From positions 109,432,001 to 109,496,000 of the forward strand of contig NC_086097.1 of NCBI RefSeq assembly GCF_963921235.1: a stretch of 64,000 bases of DNA, given 5' to 3'. A program made the translations under genes and the position numbers. The notes beneath the pieces were generated by a model. That model ran no database searches, was not told where the DNA came from, and saw only the letters and a list, made by a program, of their open reading frames with translations. Source of the DNA: Mobula hypostoma. Lineage: Eukaryota. This document shows, piece by piece, positions 12,841-25,974 of the stretch (positions within the stretch are counted from its first letter, which is position 1; every line of letters begins with the position of its first letter).

Positions 12841-13041
12841 TGTTATGTTTGTTATTAATAAAGACAAACAGCGTGGGTAAGAACACTGGCACATATTTAT
12901 TACAGGACACTCCAGTAATAGCTTCAGCTCAATATGAGCACGAGCAACCAGGTCCCCAACATCACTTCTGGTCCGGGGTGAATGGCCCACATTGCACTCT
13001 GGGAACTGAAGTTCTTTATTATGTACACATATAATAATACA
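12841..13041 (-). repeat. 5' LTR of Gypsy element
   Basis: Direct repeat of 9044-9245, followed on the minus strand by the PBS. Confidence 0.9.
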
Positions 13042-14004
13042 GGGGGCCCCAATGACGGATGCTGCTTTCCTGCGACAGCGCTCTGTGTAGATGTGCTCAA
13101 TGGTGGGGAGGGCTTTACCCTGATGTACTAGGCTGTATCCACCACTTTTTGTAGGATTTTCTGTTCAAGGGCATTGGTGTTTCCACACTGGGCTGCGAAA
13201 TCTGCTATGGAAATATGCAGCACAATTCTGCACAACTCAATTGTGCAGATCAACCCACAATAAATGTATAAGTAATTATCTTTAAATTGTGTGGCTGAAA
13301 GGTTTCTTCCTGCTGATCAGTCCACGATTCCAGGACATGACAAAGATTTTATGTTAAGATAGATGTCCCCATTGTAGACTGTGCTCTTGGGGTATGGTTG
13401 TTCAATGTAATGAGAAATACATGGTGGGTTAAGATGCAGTGTGATCAAAGTTGTGCATAAATGGGGACCAAAAAATGCCTGTCGCATGATTACATTTCCA
13501 CTCCTCTAGGTCACAAATGAACTTAATGGGGCATTTAAGATAATTGTCTCCAACCAAACATGACTGTCATGTACAGCCTGCTACTTCAAGAGCAGTTTAG
13601 CAGATATCACATTGAATTGAAGAAAAATATGGATAAACTGAAAAAGGACTGGAAGGTAAAACTGATGAAATTAGTTGAGGGTTGATGGGGGTAAGGCTCA
13701 TAAGAGGCACAATACAAACATGTGACAGCCAGTCTGAATGGTCTGTGTCCTTTTGTTCCACATGACAATATTGCTTCACAGCTTAGTGGTCAGTTTCTTA
13801 AAGAATGAATGCCAATGACATAATTGTATTTTTTACTAATCCTCTGTAGTAATCATCTACATTGCAAATTAAATGTTAGTGACAGACTTGAGCATTTTCA
13901 GGAAAAAGCTTGCAAATCTATAAGTGAAGATAACTATTAAGGAGTGGCACAGTGCAGAGCATTATAGATATGACATATAAAAAGTGAGTTTTCTATAGCA
14001 TTAT

Positions 14005-15125
14005 TTAGAGTCGTAGAAAACTGCAGCACAGAAACAGGCCCTTTGGCCCATCTAGCCCATGTCAGACCATCTAAACTGCCTTTCCCTTTGACTTGCACCT
14101 GGACCTTGGCCCTCCATACCTCTCCCATCTGTGAAACTACCCAAACTTCTTGAGTGTTGAAATCAAAATCACACCCACCACTGGCACTGGCAACTCATTC
14201 CACACTCTCACAGCCCTCTGAGTGAAGAAGTTCCCCCTCATGCTACCCTTAAACATTTCACATTTCACCCTTAACCCATGATCTCTAGTTGTAGCTTCAG
14301 CTCATAATTCTGTATACCTCTATCAAATCTCCTCTCGATCTTGTATTATTTGGAGAATAAAGTTCTAACCTATTCAAATTTTCTTTATAACTCTGGTCCT
14401 CCAGTCCTGACAACATCCTGGTAAATTTTCTCTGAACTCTTTCAATACTATTTGCTTCTATCCTATAGGTAGGTGACTCCTGTACTCAGTACTTTGATTT
14501 ATGAAGGTCAATGTGCCAAAAGCTTTCTTTATGACTCTATCCACCTGTGACGTTACATTCAATGGATTATAAATCTGTATTCTCTGATCCCTTTGTTCTA
14601 CTGCACTCCTCAGTGCCTTACTGTTCACTGTGTAAAACCTACCCTGGTTGGTCCTCCCAAAATGCAACTCATCACACTTGTCTGAATTAACTTCCATCTG
14701 CAAGGTCTGATAGCCTTCTTCGTTGTCCACTCCACCCCCAATCTGGGTGTTATCTGCAAATTTGTTGATCCAGTTACCCATATTATCATCCAGGTTGTTG
14801 ATATAAATGATGAACAACAAAGGACCCATTGTGGATCCCTGCATCTGTCCACTAGTCACAGGCCTCCAATCCGAGAAGCAACCATCTACAGCCACACTCT
14901 GGCTTCTCCCACAAAGAATGTCCAATCCAATTTTCCTTGAATGCCAAATGACTGAACCTTCTTGACCATCCTCCCATGTGGGACCTTGTCAAATGCCTTG
15001 CTGAAGTCCATGTAGACAACATTCACTGCCTGACCTTCATGAACTTTCCTGTTAATGTCCTTGAGAATCTCTATAGGATTGGTTAGACACGACTACCACG
15101 CACTAAGCCTTGCTGACCATCCCTA
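14005..15125 (-). mobile_element. Decayed CR1 LINE (RT to tail)
   Basis: ORF 14458-14925 has WRPVTSG…GPLLFIIYINNLDD…KFADNT. Confidence 0.9.
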
Positions 15126-16170
15126 ATTTGTTCTTTCTTTTTAAGCTTCTTAGTTTTGTTCAGCTCAGATTTGAAAATACATATTGGTTTCTTTCTGTCC
15201 AATGATAATGAGCAGCTGAATGTTCATCCGACACGCTACTGTGTGCATGAGTGTGCATGTATTCATTAGGGCTGTGAATTAATTTCCATGCTCCTGAATA
15301 AAGGAATAAATTAACACAAAAGGCGGCCGTCTCTATCTTAACTCTTCCATTATAAAGTAGCTATTCAAACTGAAATGCAAATAAGATGCTGTTCACTCAT
15401 TGTGAAAGGTATGTGCTAATGAGTTGCACACACAATTCATTTAGCAATTTTTGGCTATAGCATGCAATGTTCTAATTCGATATGTGATCTGCGTAATCAA
15501 AGGCACTTCTTTGTTTATGACATTGATGGCATTGTGTGTGGTACAATACACTCCTATTGTACTCCTAGCACGAAGAGCAGAATAAAAATTTACTCTGACA
15601 TTTGAAAGGATTCAAAGCAAAATAGGTGTAGGCACCTTGAGTCTAACTGCTCATCAATCTGGTTCAATAGCACCATTCTGCCTATTAACTCAGTTGGCAG
15701 TCCTATTCCGGAACTGTTCTGTACTGTAGCTTTGCAGGAACTTAACTTATTTAGTCATTTGTGTGAGTGCATAACCCAGTAAGAGCATGGGCCAAGCTAT
15801 CTTTCAGCTATCAATGCAGCTATAAAGAAGGCAAGACAGCAGCTATATTTTATTAGGAATTTGAGGAGATTTGGTAAGGCACCTAAAACACTGGCAAAGT
15901 TCTACAGATGTACCGTGGAGGGCATTCTAACCGGCTGCATCACCATCTGGTATGGGGATGGGGGGCGGTGGGGGGGGGGGGGGAAGGAGGATACTGCACA
16001 GGATCAAAATAAGGTGCAGAGTAAGTAAAGTAAGTCAGCTCCATCATGGTCACTAGCCTCTGTAATATCCAAGACATCTTCAAGGAGCGGTGGCTCAAAA
16101 AGGTGGTGTTCATTATTAAGGACACTTAATAGATGCCTTCTTCTCATTGTTACCATCAGGAAGAAGGTAC

Positions 16171-19100
16171 AGGAACATAGAACATAGAGAATCTACAGCA
16201 CATTACAGGTCCTTTGGCCCACAATTTTGTGCGACCATGTAACCTACTTTAAAAGCTGCCTAGAATTTCCCTACCACATAGCCCTCAATTTTTCTAAGCT
16301 CCATGCTCCTATCTAAGAGTCTCTTAAAAGACCCCGTTGCATCTGCCTCCACCACCTTCACTGGCAGTGCATTCCACACACCCACCACTCTCTGTGTGAA
16401 AAACTTACCTCTGACATCCCCCTTGTACCTACTTCCGAGCACCTTAAAACAAACCCCCCTCGAATTAGCTATTTCAGCCCTGGAGAAAAGTCTCTGACTA
16501 TCCACATGATCGATGCCTCTCATCATCTTATACACCTCTATCAGGTCACCTCTCATCCTCCGTCGCTCCAAGGAGAAAAGGCCAAGTTCACTCAAACTAT
16601 TCTCATAAGGCATGCTCTCTAATCTAGGCAACATCTTTGTAAATATCCTCAGCACCCACCCTATAGAATCCACATCCTTCCTATAATGAGGTGACCAGAA
16701 CTGGGCACAGTACTCCAAGTGGGGTCTGACCAAGGTCTTATATAGCTGTAACATTACATCATGGCTCTTAAACTCAATCCCACGGTTGATGAAGGCCAAC
16801 ACACCATATGCCTTCTTAACAACACTGTCAACCTGCGCAGCAGCTTTGAGTATCCTATGGACACGGACCCCAAGATCTCTCAGATCCTCCACTCTGCTAA
16901 GAGTCTTACCATTTATATTATATCTGTCTTCAAATTTAACCTACCGAAATGAACCACCTCACACTTATCTTGGTTGAACTCCATCTGCCAATTCTCAGCC
17001 CAGTTCTGCATCCTATCGATGTCCTGCTGTAGCCTTTGACAACCCCGCAGACTATCCACAACACCATCAACTTATGTATCATCAGCCAACTTACTCACCC
17101 ACCCTTCTACTTTCTCAACCAGGTCATTTACAAAAATCACAAAGAGGAGGGGTCCCAGAGCAGATTCCTGTGGAACACCACTGGTCACCGACCTCCATAA
17201 TACAAACGATCCACAACCACCTTCTGTGGTCAAGCCAATTCTGGTTCCACAAAGTAAGTTCTCATTGGATCCCACGCCTCATTACTTTCTGAATGAGCCT
17301 CGCATAGGGAACCTTATCAAATGCCTTACTGAAATTCATATATATTACATCCGCTGCTGTACCTTTATCAATGTGTTTTGTTACATCCTCAAAGAATTCA
17401 GTCAGGTTTATAAACCATGACCTGCCCTTGACAAAGCCATGCTGACTCTCCTTAATCAGATTATGTCTCTCCAAATGCTCATAAATCCTGCCTCTCCTGA
17501 CCTTCTCCAACAACTTGCCCACCACTCACTGGTCTATAATTTCCTAGGTTATCTCTATTCCCTTTCTTGAACAAGGGAACAACATTTTCAAACTTCCAAC
17601 CCTCTGGTACTTCTCCCGTCCCTATTGATGATGCAAATATCATTGCCAGAGGCTCAACAATCTCCTCCCTTGCTTCTTACAGTAGCCTGGGGTATAACTC
17701 ATCCAGTCCTGGCAACTTATTGAACTTAATACCTTTCAAAAGCTGTCACACATTCCTTTTCTTAATGCCTATACACTCAAGTATTTCAGTCCACTGTAAG
17801 TCATCCTTACAATTGCCAAGGTCCTTTTCTGTGATGAATACTGAAGCAAAGTATTCATTGATTACCTCTGCTACCTCCTCCAGCTCCATGCACATGTTTC
17901 CACTATCACAGCTGATTGGTCCTATACTCACACAGCTCATCCTCTTGCTCTTCACATACATGTAGAATGACTTGGGGTTTTCCTTAATCCAGCTCGCCAA
18001 AGCCTTCTTATGGCCCCTTTGAGCTCTTCCAATTTCATTCTTGAGCTTCTTCCTGGCACCCTTGTAATTTTCTAGAGCTCTAACAGTACCTAGTTTCTTG
18101 CACCTTTTGTAAGCTTTTCTTTTCTTCTTAACTATATTTTCTACATCCTTTGTACACCATGGTTCTTTTACCCTGCTATCCATTCCCTGTCTCAATGGAA
18201 CATACCTGTGCAGAATGCCATACAAATGTTCCCTGAACATTTGTCACATTTCTGCCATGCATTTCCCTAAGAACATCTGCTCCTAATTTATGTTCCCGTC
18301 CTGCCTAATAGCATCATATTTAACCCCACCCCAATTAAATGTTTTCCCAAATTTTCTGCTCCTATCCCTCTGCAGCGCTACAGTAAAGGAGATAAAGTTG
18401 TGATCACTACCTCCAAAATGCTCTCCCACTGAGAGATCTGACACCTGACCAGGTTCATTTCCCAATACCAGATCAAGTACAGCCTCTCCTCTAGTTGGCT
18501 TATCTACATATTGCATCAGGAAACCTTCCTGAACACACCTAACGAACACCATCCCATCTAAACCCCTTGCTCTAAGGAGATAGAAACATAGAAACATAGA
18601 AAATAGGTGCAGGAGTAGGCCATTCAGCCCTTCGAGCCTGCACCACCATTTATTATGATCATGGCTGATCATCCAACTCAGAACCCCGCCACAGCCTTCC
18701 CTCCATACCCCCTGATCCCCGTAGCCACAAGGGCCATATCTAACTCCCTCTTAAATATAGCCAATGAACTGGCCTCAACTGTTTCCTGTGGCAGAGAATT
18801 CCACAGATTCACCACTCTCTGTGTGAAGAAGTTTCTCCTAATCTCGGTCCTAAAAGGCTTCCCCTTTATCCTCAAACTGTGACCCCTTGTTCTGGAGTTC
18901 CCCAACATCGGGAACAATCTTCCTGCATCTAGCCTGTCCAATCCCTTTAGGAGTTTATACGTTTCAATCAGATCCCCCCTCAATCTTCTAAATTCCAACG
19001 AGTACAAGCCCAGTTCATCCAGTCTTTCTTCATATGAAAGTCCTGCCATCCCAGGAATCAATCTGGTGAACCTTCTTTGTACTCCCTCTATGGCAAGGAT

Positions 19101-21575
19101 GTCTTTCCTCAGATTAGGGGACCAAAACTTCACACAATACTCCAGGTGTGGTCTCACCAAGGCCTTGTACAACTGCAGTAGTACCTCCCTGCTCCTGTAC
19201 TCGAATCCTCTCGCTATAAATGCCAGCATACCATTCGCCTTTTTCACCGCCTGCTGTACCTGCATGCCCACTTTCAATGACTGGTGTATAATGACACCCA
19301 GGTCTCGTTGCACCTCCCCTTTTCCTAATCGGCCACCATTCAGATAATAATCTGTTTTCCTATTTTTGCCACCAAAGTGGATAACTTCACATTTATCCAC
19401 ATTAAATTGCATCTGCCATGAATTTGCCCACTCACCCAACCTATCCAAGTCACCCTGCATCCTCTTAGCATCCTCCTCACAGCTAACACTGCCACCCAGC
19501 TTCGTGTCATCCGCAAACTTGGAGATGCTGCATTTAATTCCCTCATCCAAGTCATTAATATATATTGTAAACAACTGGGGTCCCAGCACTGAGCCTTGCG
19601 GTGCCCCACTAGTCACTGCCTGCCATTCTGAAAAGGTCCCGTTTATTCCCACTCTTTGCTTCCTGTCTGCTAACCAATTCTCCATCCACATCAATACCTT
19701 ACCCCCAATACCGTGTGCTTTAAGTTTGCACACTAATCTCCTGTGTGGGACCTTGTCAAAAGCCTTTTGAAAATCCAAATATACCACATCCACTGGTTCT
19801 CCCCTATCCACTCTACTAGTTACATCCTCAAAAAATTCTATGAGATTCGTCAGACATGATTTTCCTTTCACAAATCCATGCTGACTTTGTCCGATGATTT
19901 CACCGCTTTCCAAATGTGCTGTTATCACATCTTTGATAACTGACTCCAGCAGTTTCCCCACCACCGACGTTAGGCTAACCAGTCTATAATTCCCCGGTTT
20001 CTCTCTCCCTCCTTTTTTAAAAAGTGGGGTTACATTAGCCACCCTCCAATCCTCAGGAACTAGTCCAGAATCTAACGAGTTTTGAAAAATTATCACTAAT
20101 GCATCCACTATTTCTTGGGCTACTTCCTTAAGCACTCTAGGATGCAGACCATCTGGCCCTGGGGATTTATCTGCCTTCAATCCTTTCAATTTACCTAACA
20201 TCACTTCCCTACTAACATGTATTTCGCTCAGTTCCTCCATCTCACTGGACCCTCTGTCCCCTACTATTTCTGGAAGATTATTTATGTCCTCCTTAGTGAA
20301 GACAGAACCAAAGTAATTATTCAATTGGTCTGCCATGTCCTTGCTCCCCATAATCAATTCACCTGTTTCTGTCTGTTGGAGACCTACATTTGTCTTTACC
20401 AGTCTTTTCCTTTTTAAATATCTATAAAAGCTTTTACAGTCAGTTTTTATGTTCCCTGCCAGTTTTCTCTCATAATCTTTTTTCCCCTTCCTAATTAAGC
20501 CCTTTGTCCTCCTCTGCTGAACTCCGAATTTCTCCCAGTCCTCAGGTGAACCACTTTCTCTGGCTAATTTGTATGCTTCTTCTTTGGAATTGATACTATC
20601 CCTAATTTCTCTTGTCAGCCACGGGTGCACTACCTTCCTTGATTTATTCTTTTGCCAAACTGGGATGAACAATTGTTGTAGTTCATCCATGCAACCTTTA
20701 AATACTTGCCATTGCATATCCACCGTCAATCCTTTAAGTGTCATTTGCCAGTCTATCTTAGCTAATTCACATCTCATACCTTCAAAGTTACCCCTCTTTA
20801 AGTTCAGAACCTTTGTTTCTGAATTAACTATGTCACTCTCCATCTTAATGAAGAATTCCACCATATTATGGTCACTCTTACCCAAGGGGCCTCTCACGAC
20901 AAGATTGCTAATTAACCCTTCCTCATTGCTCAAAACCCAGTCCAGAATAGCCTGCTCTCTAGTTGGTTCCTCGACATGTTGGTTCAAAAAACCATCCCAC
21001 ATACATCCAAGAAATCCTCTTCCTCAGCACCTTTACCAATTTGGTTCACCCAATCTACATGTAGATTGAAGTCACCCATTATAACTGCTGTTCCTTTATT
21101 GCACACATTTCTAATTTCCTGTTTAATACCATCTCCGACCTCACTACTACTGTCAGTCAATATAAGGAAAGTTAATCTCACCCATCACAATTATTGCACC
21201 GCTCCAGAATCTGCCCCTATCTGCTCCTCAATGTCTCTGTTACTATTGGGTGGGGGGAAGAATAGTTCCATAAAGAAACACCCAGTAGATTTATTGCCCC
21301 CTTCCTGTTTCTGACTTCCACTCACACTGACTCAGTGGACAATCCTTCCATGACTTACTCCTCTTCTGCAGCCATGATACCATCCCTCCCCCACCTCTTT
21401 TGCCTCCTTCCTTGTCCTTTTTGAGATATCTAGAGTCTGGCACACTCAGCAGCTATTCCTGCTTCCCAAGTCATCCAAGTCTCTGTAATGGCCACAGCGT
21501 CATAGTTCCACATATTGATCCACACTCTAAGTTCACTTGCCTTGTTTATGATACTCCTTGCATTAAAATAGACAC
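16171..21575 (-). mobile_element. CR1 LINE (ORF2 EN+RT, frameshifted) interrupted by a younger CR1 at 18581-21153
   Basis: EN start CVYFNARSIINKA…AITETW at ~21430-21575, GSDHN at ~18400, RT fragments at 17072-17525 and an ORF at 16260-16892. The host rejoins as ggagat|gtcagtcaat. Confidence 0.9.
18581..21153 (-). mobile_element. Young 5'-truncated CR1 LINE (774-aa ORF2 remnant, RT motifs intact)
   Basis: ORF 18678-21002 has YLDFQKAFD, GSVLGP and FADD, with an (TTCTATGT)n tail. It is near-identical to 31585-34700, with a 1-nt deletion near 21006. Confidence 0.97.
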
Positions 21576-21584
21576 ATCTCAAAC

Positions 21585-21860
21585 CCCCATCCCCCTTTTC
21601 CTTCTCCCTGACCCTCCTGTCCCATGATCCTCTCATATCCCTTTTGCCAATCATCTGTCCAGGTCTTGGCTCCATCCCTCCCCGTCCTGTCTTCTCCTAT
21701 CATTTTGGATCTCCCCTGCCCCCTCCCACTTTCAAATCTTTTACTATCTCTTCCTTCAGTTCGTCTTGACAAAGGGTCTCAGCCTGAAACGTTGACTGTA
21801 CCTCTTCCTAGAGATGCTGCCTGGCCTGCTGTGTTCACCAGCAACTTTTATGTGTGTTGC
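21585..21860 (+). mobile_element. Penelope-like element 3'/pLTR fragment
   Basis: Pyrimidine-rich tract, then a hammerhead-like core, then gagatgctgcctggcctgctg…ccagcaacttttatgtgtgttgc. The same terminus occurs at 49927-50164. Confidence 0.75.
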
Positions 21861-24189
21861 ATATACTTATTGTAATTGTTTTTCCCCCTATATTACATGT
21901 ATAGCATTGTACTATTACCGCAAAGTTAACACATTTCACGACATATGCCGGTGATATTAAACCTGGTTCAGACTGTTTGGCAGTGAGTTCATTTGTACTG
22001 ATACCAAATGGGCAACTTTAATTTATGGCCCCAGCTTCAACAAAATGGGCAGTTGCCTGACGCCAAGGCGAAGGTCCAGGCTGGCAGGGCCTATTCGGGT
22101 GCAGAGCAATCGGAAGAATGAATAGGGCTGAGCGAGGAACAGGTTTGTCCACAATGGAGGAGAGTGGTACATTTGGAGGGAATTGTGGGTGGGATTTCTC
22201 AAGGAAGCTTAGGAAACAGAAAGTACAGGCAGATTTCTAGTGGCCAGGGAGGTGGTAGTGGGGAAGGTGGGGTGTGTGAATACCTGAATCAGGAAAATTT
22301 GTGTTTATTTAATTCAATATTTCAAACAATTTGTTTCATATACAATATTGACAATGACTTCCCATTCTGCAAAGGCTTCTGCAAAACATTCATTTATCAA
22401 AGCATTAGTGTTATTGATCTCTTAATCTGGTTCTTTATCAGGCTGTTAATGGCAATTTTCTCAAACATTCTTTAAAGAATGATCAGCATCAATATACATT
22501 TTTGTTTCTGAATGTGCGACTGGTTTGTAGATTTGGTCCCATTATACAGATAAGAATTATATTCATCCTTGAGTGAAGTATGATTCCAGAGCCCTCCGAC
22601 TTAATTAGATGTGCATTGAAATAAAACAAAAGTGAGGTGAAATGAAATTAGAGAATCAGGTGTAATTTTTCAATTTGCACAATTCATGTTGAATCTACAA
22701 TGTGACTTTTAGCTAATCCATTTATGAATTTACTTTACTTTCCACTATATCTCTGACCCTGGGGATTCATAAACTTCTATGCCTGCTAAGGCATTCAGTG
22801 CCTTCTCTTTATTTATTGAGGCTTGCACAAGGCTTAAATCTTCCCCTTTGCTAAATTCTCCAACTACAAATTATGTTTTTTGGTCAATAATGATGAAAAA
22901 CATTCATTTAAGACCACTGCTGTTCCTTCTACCTCCATTTACTGATTTCCTTTTTGGCTGCAATGGGCCTGCCTCTTCCCCGATTAGTCATTTGCCTTTA
23001 ATACATTAACAGAATGCCTTCAGATTTAATGTACTCCTGTCAACCATTGTTATTTTGTGACCCTTTTTGCCTTCCTGAATACTTTTTTAAGTATCTCTCT
23101 GCAATTCTTGTAATCCTGACTAGTCATATTTGTTTTTAGTTCCCAGTACCTTTCATACAATTTCTTCCTTTTGATTGTTTTATCCTTCAATATCCAAGGT
23201 TCCTTGAGCTTCTTACTCCTGGCTTTTGCCCTCAAAGGAATGTGTTGGCCCTGATTTCGTTCACATTATTTGAATGCCTCCTGCTGCTTCCCTTCTAACA
23301 TCACAGAGCTAGATTGAACTGAACTCAGCAGAACTGAATAAGCCTGGGTTGTGCATTGGTGTTTTATACTCCCTGTTTTTCATTTGTTTTACTTTTGCTG
23401 TTTGTGTGATTTTTTTTTGCACGTTTTGCGGGGGGGTTGATTTTTTAAAAATTCAAATGGATTCCATAGTGTTTCTTTGTTTCGTGGCTGTCTGTGGGAA
23501 GACAAATCTCAGGGTTGTATACTGCATACATACTCTGAGAATAAATGTCTTTGAATCTTTGCAGATACATGGATGGGAGGTGTATGGAGGGATATGGTCC
23601 GTGTGCAGGTCAGTGGGACTAGGCAGAAAATGGTTCGGCACAGCCAAGAAGGGCCAAAAGGCCTGTTTCTGTGCTGTAGTTTCTATGGTTTCTATATGGA
23701 TCTACAGGATATGCTGCCTTAAGAAGGCAACATCTGATAACAAAGATCCCACAATCTGTGTAATGCTGTCTACCACTGTTCAGGAAGTACAGAAAGCTGA
23801 AGTCCCACACCAGCAGGTTCAAGAACAACTATTTTCCTTCAAGCATATGGCTCTTGAAGTAATGGGCAAAACTATAATACTTATAGGTTAGCAAAACTGT
23901 GAACACTTTGACAATCCAGCAAAATAATGGAGGATTTTTTGTTCTAATTGCATTCTGTGTAAAAAAAATTGCATACAATTTATGTTTGGTTTACATTATT
24001 CTCCTGAAGGATTGCATATATGATGCCATGTGCCTGTGATGCTGCAGTGTGAAGTTTTTCTTTGTACCTGCACATACAACAGTAAACTCAAATCTGGCAG
24101 GCAAGAATTTGATTTGTCTGCAAGTAGTTGCATCTGGCCAACATTTTACAGGCCACGGAGTCATAGAAAAGCATAGCACAGAAACAGGC

Positions 24190-24627
24190 ACCAGGTGCAC
24201 CGAGATGCAGCTCCTCAGGGACTGTGTTAGGGATCTGGAGCTGCAACCTGATGACCTACTGCTTATTAGGGAAAGTGAAGAGGTGATAGACAGGAGCTAC
24301 AGGGAGGTAGTCATCCCTAGGCTACAGGGGTCAGAAAACTGGGTGACTGTCAGAAGAGGGAAGGAAAATGCCCGGATAGTGGAGAGCACCCCTGTGCTGT
24401 CCCCCTCAGCAACAAGTATCTTGCTGTTGAGGGGGATGACCTGACAGGGGACGCCCATGGTGACCGGGTCTCTGGCACTGAGCCTGGCGTTGTTGTGCAG
24501 GAGGGAAGGAGGGAGAAGAGGAATGCGGTAGTCATAGGGGATTCCATCGTCAGGGGAACAGACAGGAGATTCTGTGAGCGAGATAGAGATACCCGCATGG
24601 TGTGCTGCCTCCCAGGTGCCAGGGTAT
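24190..24627 (+). mobile_element. CR1 ORF1 fragment (SGNH/GDSL esterase type)
   Basis: Translates to …VRDLELQPDDL…WVTVRRGK… and AVVIGDSIVRGTDRRFC…MVCCLPGARV. Confidence 0.85.
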
Positions 24628-25888
24628 GGGATTTTTTGAGGAAATTACAAGTAGGCTAGACAAGGGAGATGCAGTGGATGTTGTATATTTGGATTTTCAG
24701 AAGGCCTTTGACAAGGTGTCACACATGAGGCTACTTAACAAGATAAGAGCCCATGGAATTACAGGAAAGTTACATACGTGGATAGAGTGTTGGCTGATTG
24801 GCAGGAAACAGAGAGTGGGAATAAAGGGATCCTATTCTGGCTGGCTGCTGGTTACCAGTGGTGTTCCACAGGGGTCCGTGTTGGGGCTGCTTCTTTTTAC
24901 ATTTTACATCAAAGATTTGGATTATGGAATAGATGGCTTTGTGACTAAGTTTGCTGATGATACGAAGATAGGTGGAGGGGCTGGTAGTGCTGAGGAAACA
25001 GAGAGTCTGCAGAGAGACTTGGATAGATTGGAAGAATGGGCAAAGAAGTGGCAAATGAAATACAATGTTGGAAAGTGTATGGTTATGCACTTTGGCAGAA
25101 GAAATAAATGGGCAGACTATTATTTAAATGGGGAGAGAATTCAAAGTTCTGAGATGCAACGGGACTTGGGAGTCCTCGTAGTGGATACCCTTCAGGTTAA
25201 CCTCCAGGGTGAGTCGGTGGTGAAGAAGGCGAATGCAATGTTGGCATTCATTTCTAGAGGAATAGAGTATAGGAGCAGGGATGTGATGTTGAGGCTCTAT
25301 AAGGCGCTGGTGAGACCTCACTTGCAGTACTGTGGGCAGTTTTGGTCTCCTTATTTAAGAAAGGATGTGCTGACGTTGGAGAGGGTACAGAGAAGATTCA
25401 CTAGAATGATTCCGGGAATGAGAGGGTTAACATATGAGGAACATTTGTCTGCTCTTGGACTGTATTCCTTGGAGTTTAGAAGAATGAGTGGAGACCTCAT
25501 AGAAACATTTCGAATGTTGAAAGGCATGGACAGAGTGGATGTAGCAAAGTTGTTTCCCATGATGGGGGAGTCTAGTACGAGAAGGCATGACTTAAGGATT
25601 GAAGGGCGCCCATTCAGAACAGAAATGCAAAGAAATTTTTTTAGCCAGGGGGTAGTGAATCTTTGAAATTTGTTGCCATGGGCGGCAATGGAGGCCAAGT
25701 CATTGGGTGTATTTAAGGCAGAGATTGATAGGTATCTGAGTAGCCAGGGCATCAAAGGTTATGGTGAGAAGGCGGGGGACTGGGACTAAATGGGAGAATG
25801 GATCAACTCATGATAAAATGGTGGAGCAGATTTGATGGGCCGAATGGCCAATTTCTGCTCCTTTGTCTTATGGTCTTATGGTCTTATG
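24628..25888 (+). mobile_element. Young 5'-truncated CR1 LINE (RT to tail)
   Basis: ORF to 25666 has YLDFQKAFD and FADD. Tail is (GGTCTTAT)n. Confidence 0.95.
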
Positions 25889-25974
25889 GATAGGTAGCCT
25901 TGAAAAAGCAGGGAAGCTATAGAAGAACAGATTAGGAGAATGGACAAAGAAATGGCAGACGAAATTTAGTGGAA

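Larger units (their letters stand above)
9044..13041 (-). mobile_element. Decayed Ty3/Gypsy LTR retrotransposon with both LTRs
   Basis: ~200-bp TG…CA LTRs at 9044-9245 and 12841-13041 with 4-bp TSD GGGG. Gag has Zn-knuckle remnants (CSKCGGKH…C; C..SGEKNHFAKC). RT, RNase H (AYASRVLSSAEANCAQIEKELLA) and integrase (VSDNGAQFSS…HPKSNGLAES) occur in Gypsy order. Many frameshifts. Confidence 0.95.
8620..13195 (-). mobile_element. Rex/L2-like LINE 3' fragment split by the Gypsy insertion (8620-9043 and 13042-13195)
   Basis: …gcatgacctgggtggtgggg | gccccaatgacggatgctgctttcctgcgacagcg… rejoins into the same repeat seen at 2090-2540. Confidence 0.65.

Noticed and set aside
15954..15990. G-rich tract with G-quadruplex potential
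   Set aside because: A simple poly-G expansion inside a decayed LINE, with no evidence of function.
19066..21314. Multiple 66-166 aa plus-strand ORFs (also at 32075-34351 and 54777-57119)
   Set aside because: These are antisense shadows of CR1 ORF2 and recur in each copy.
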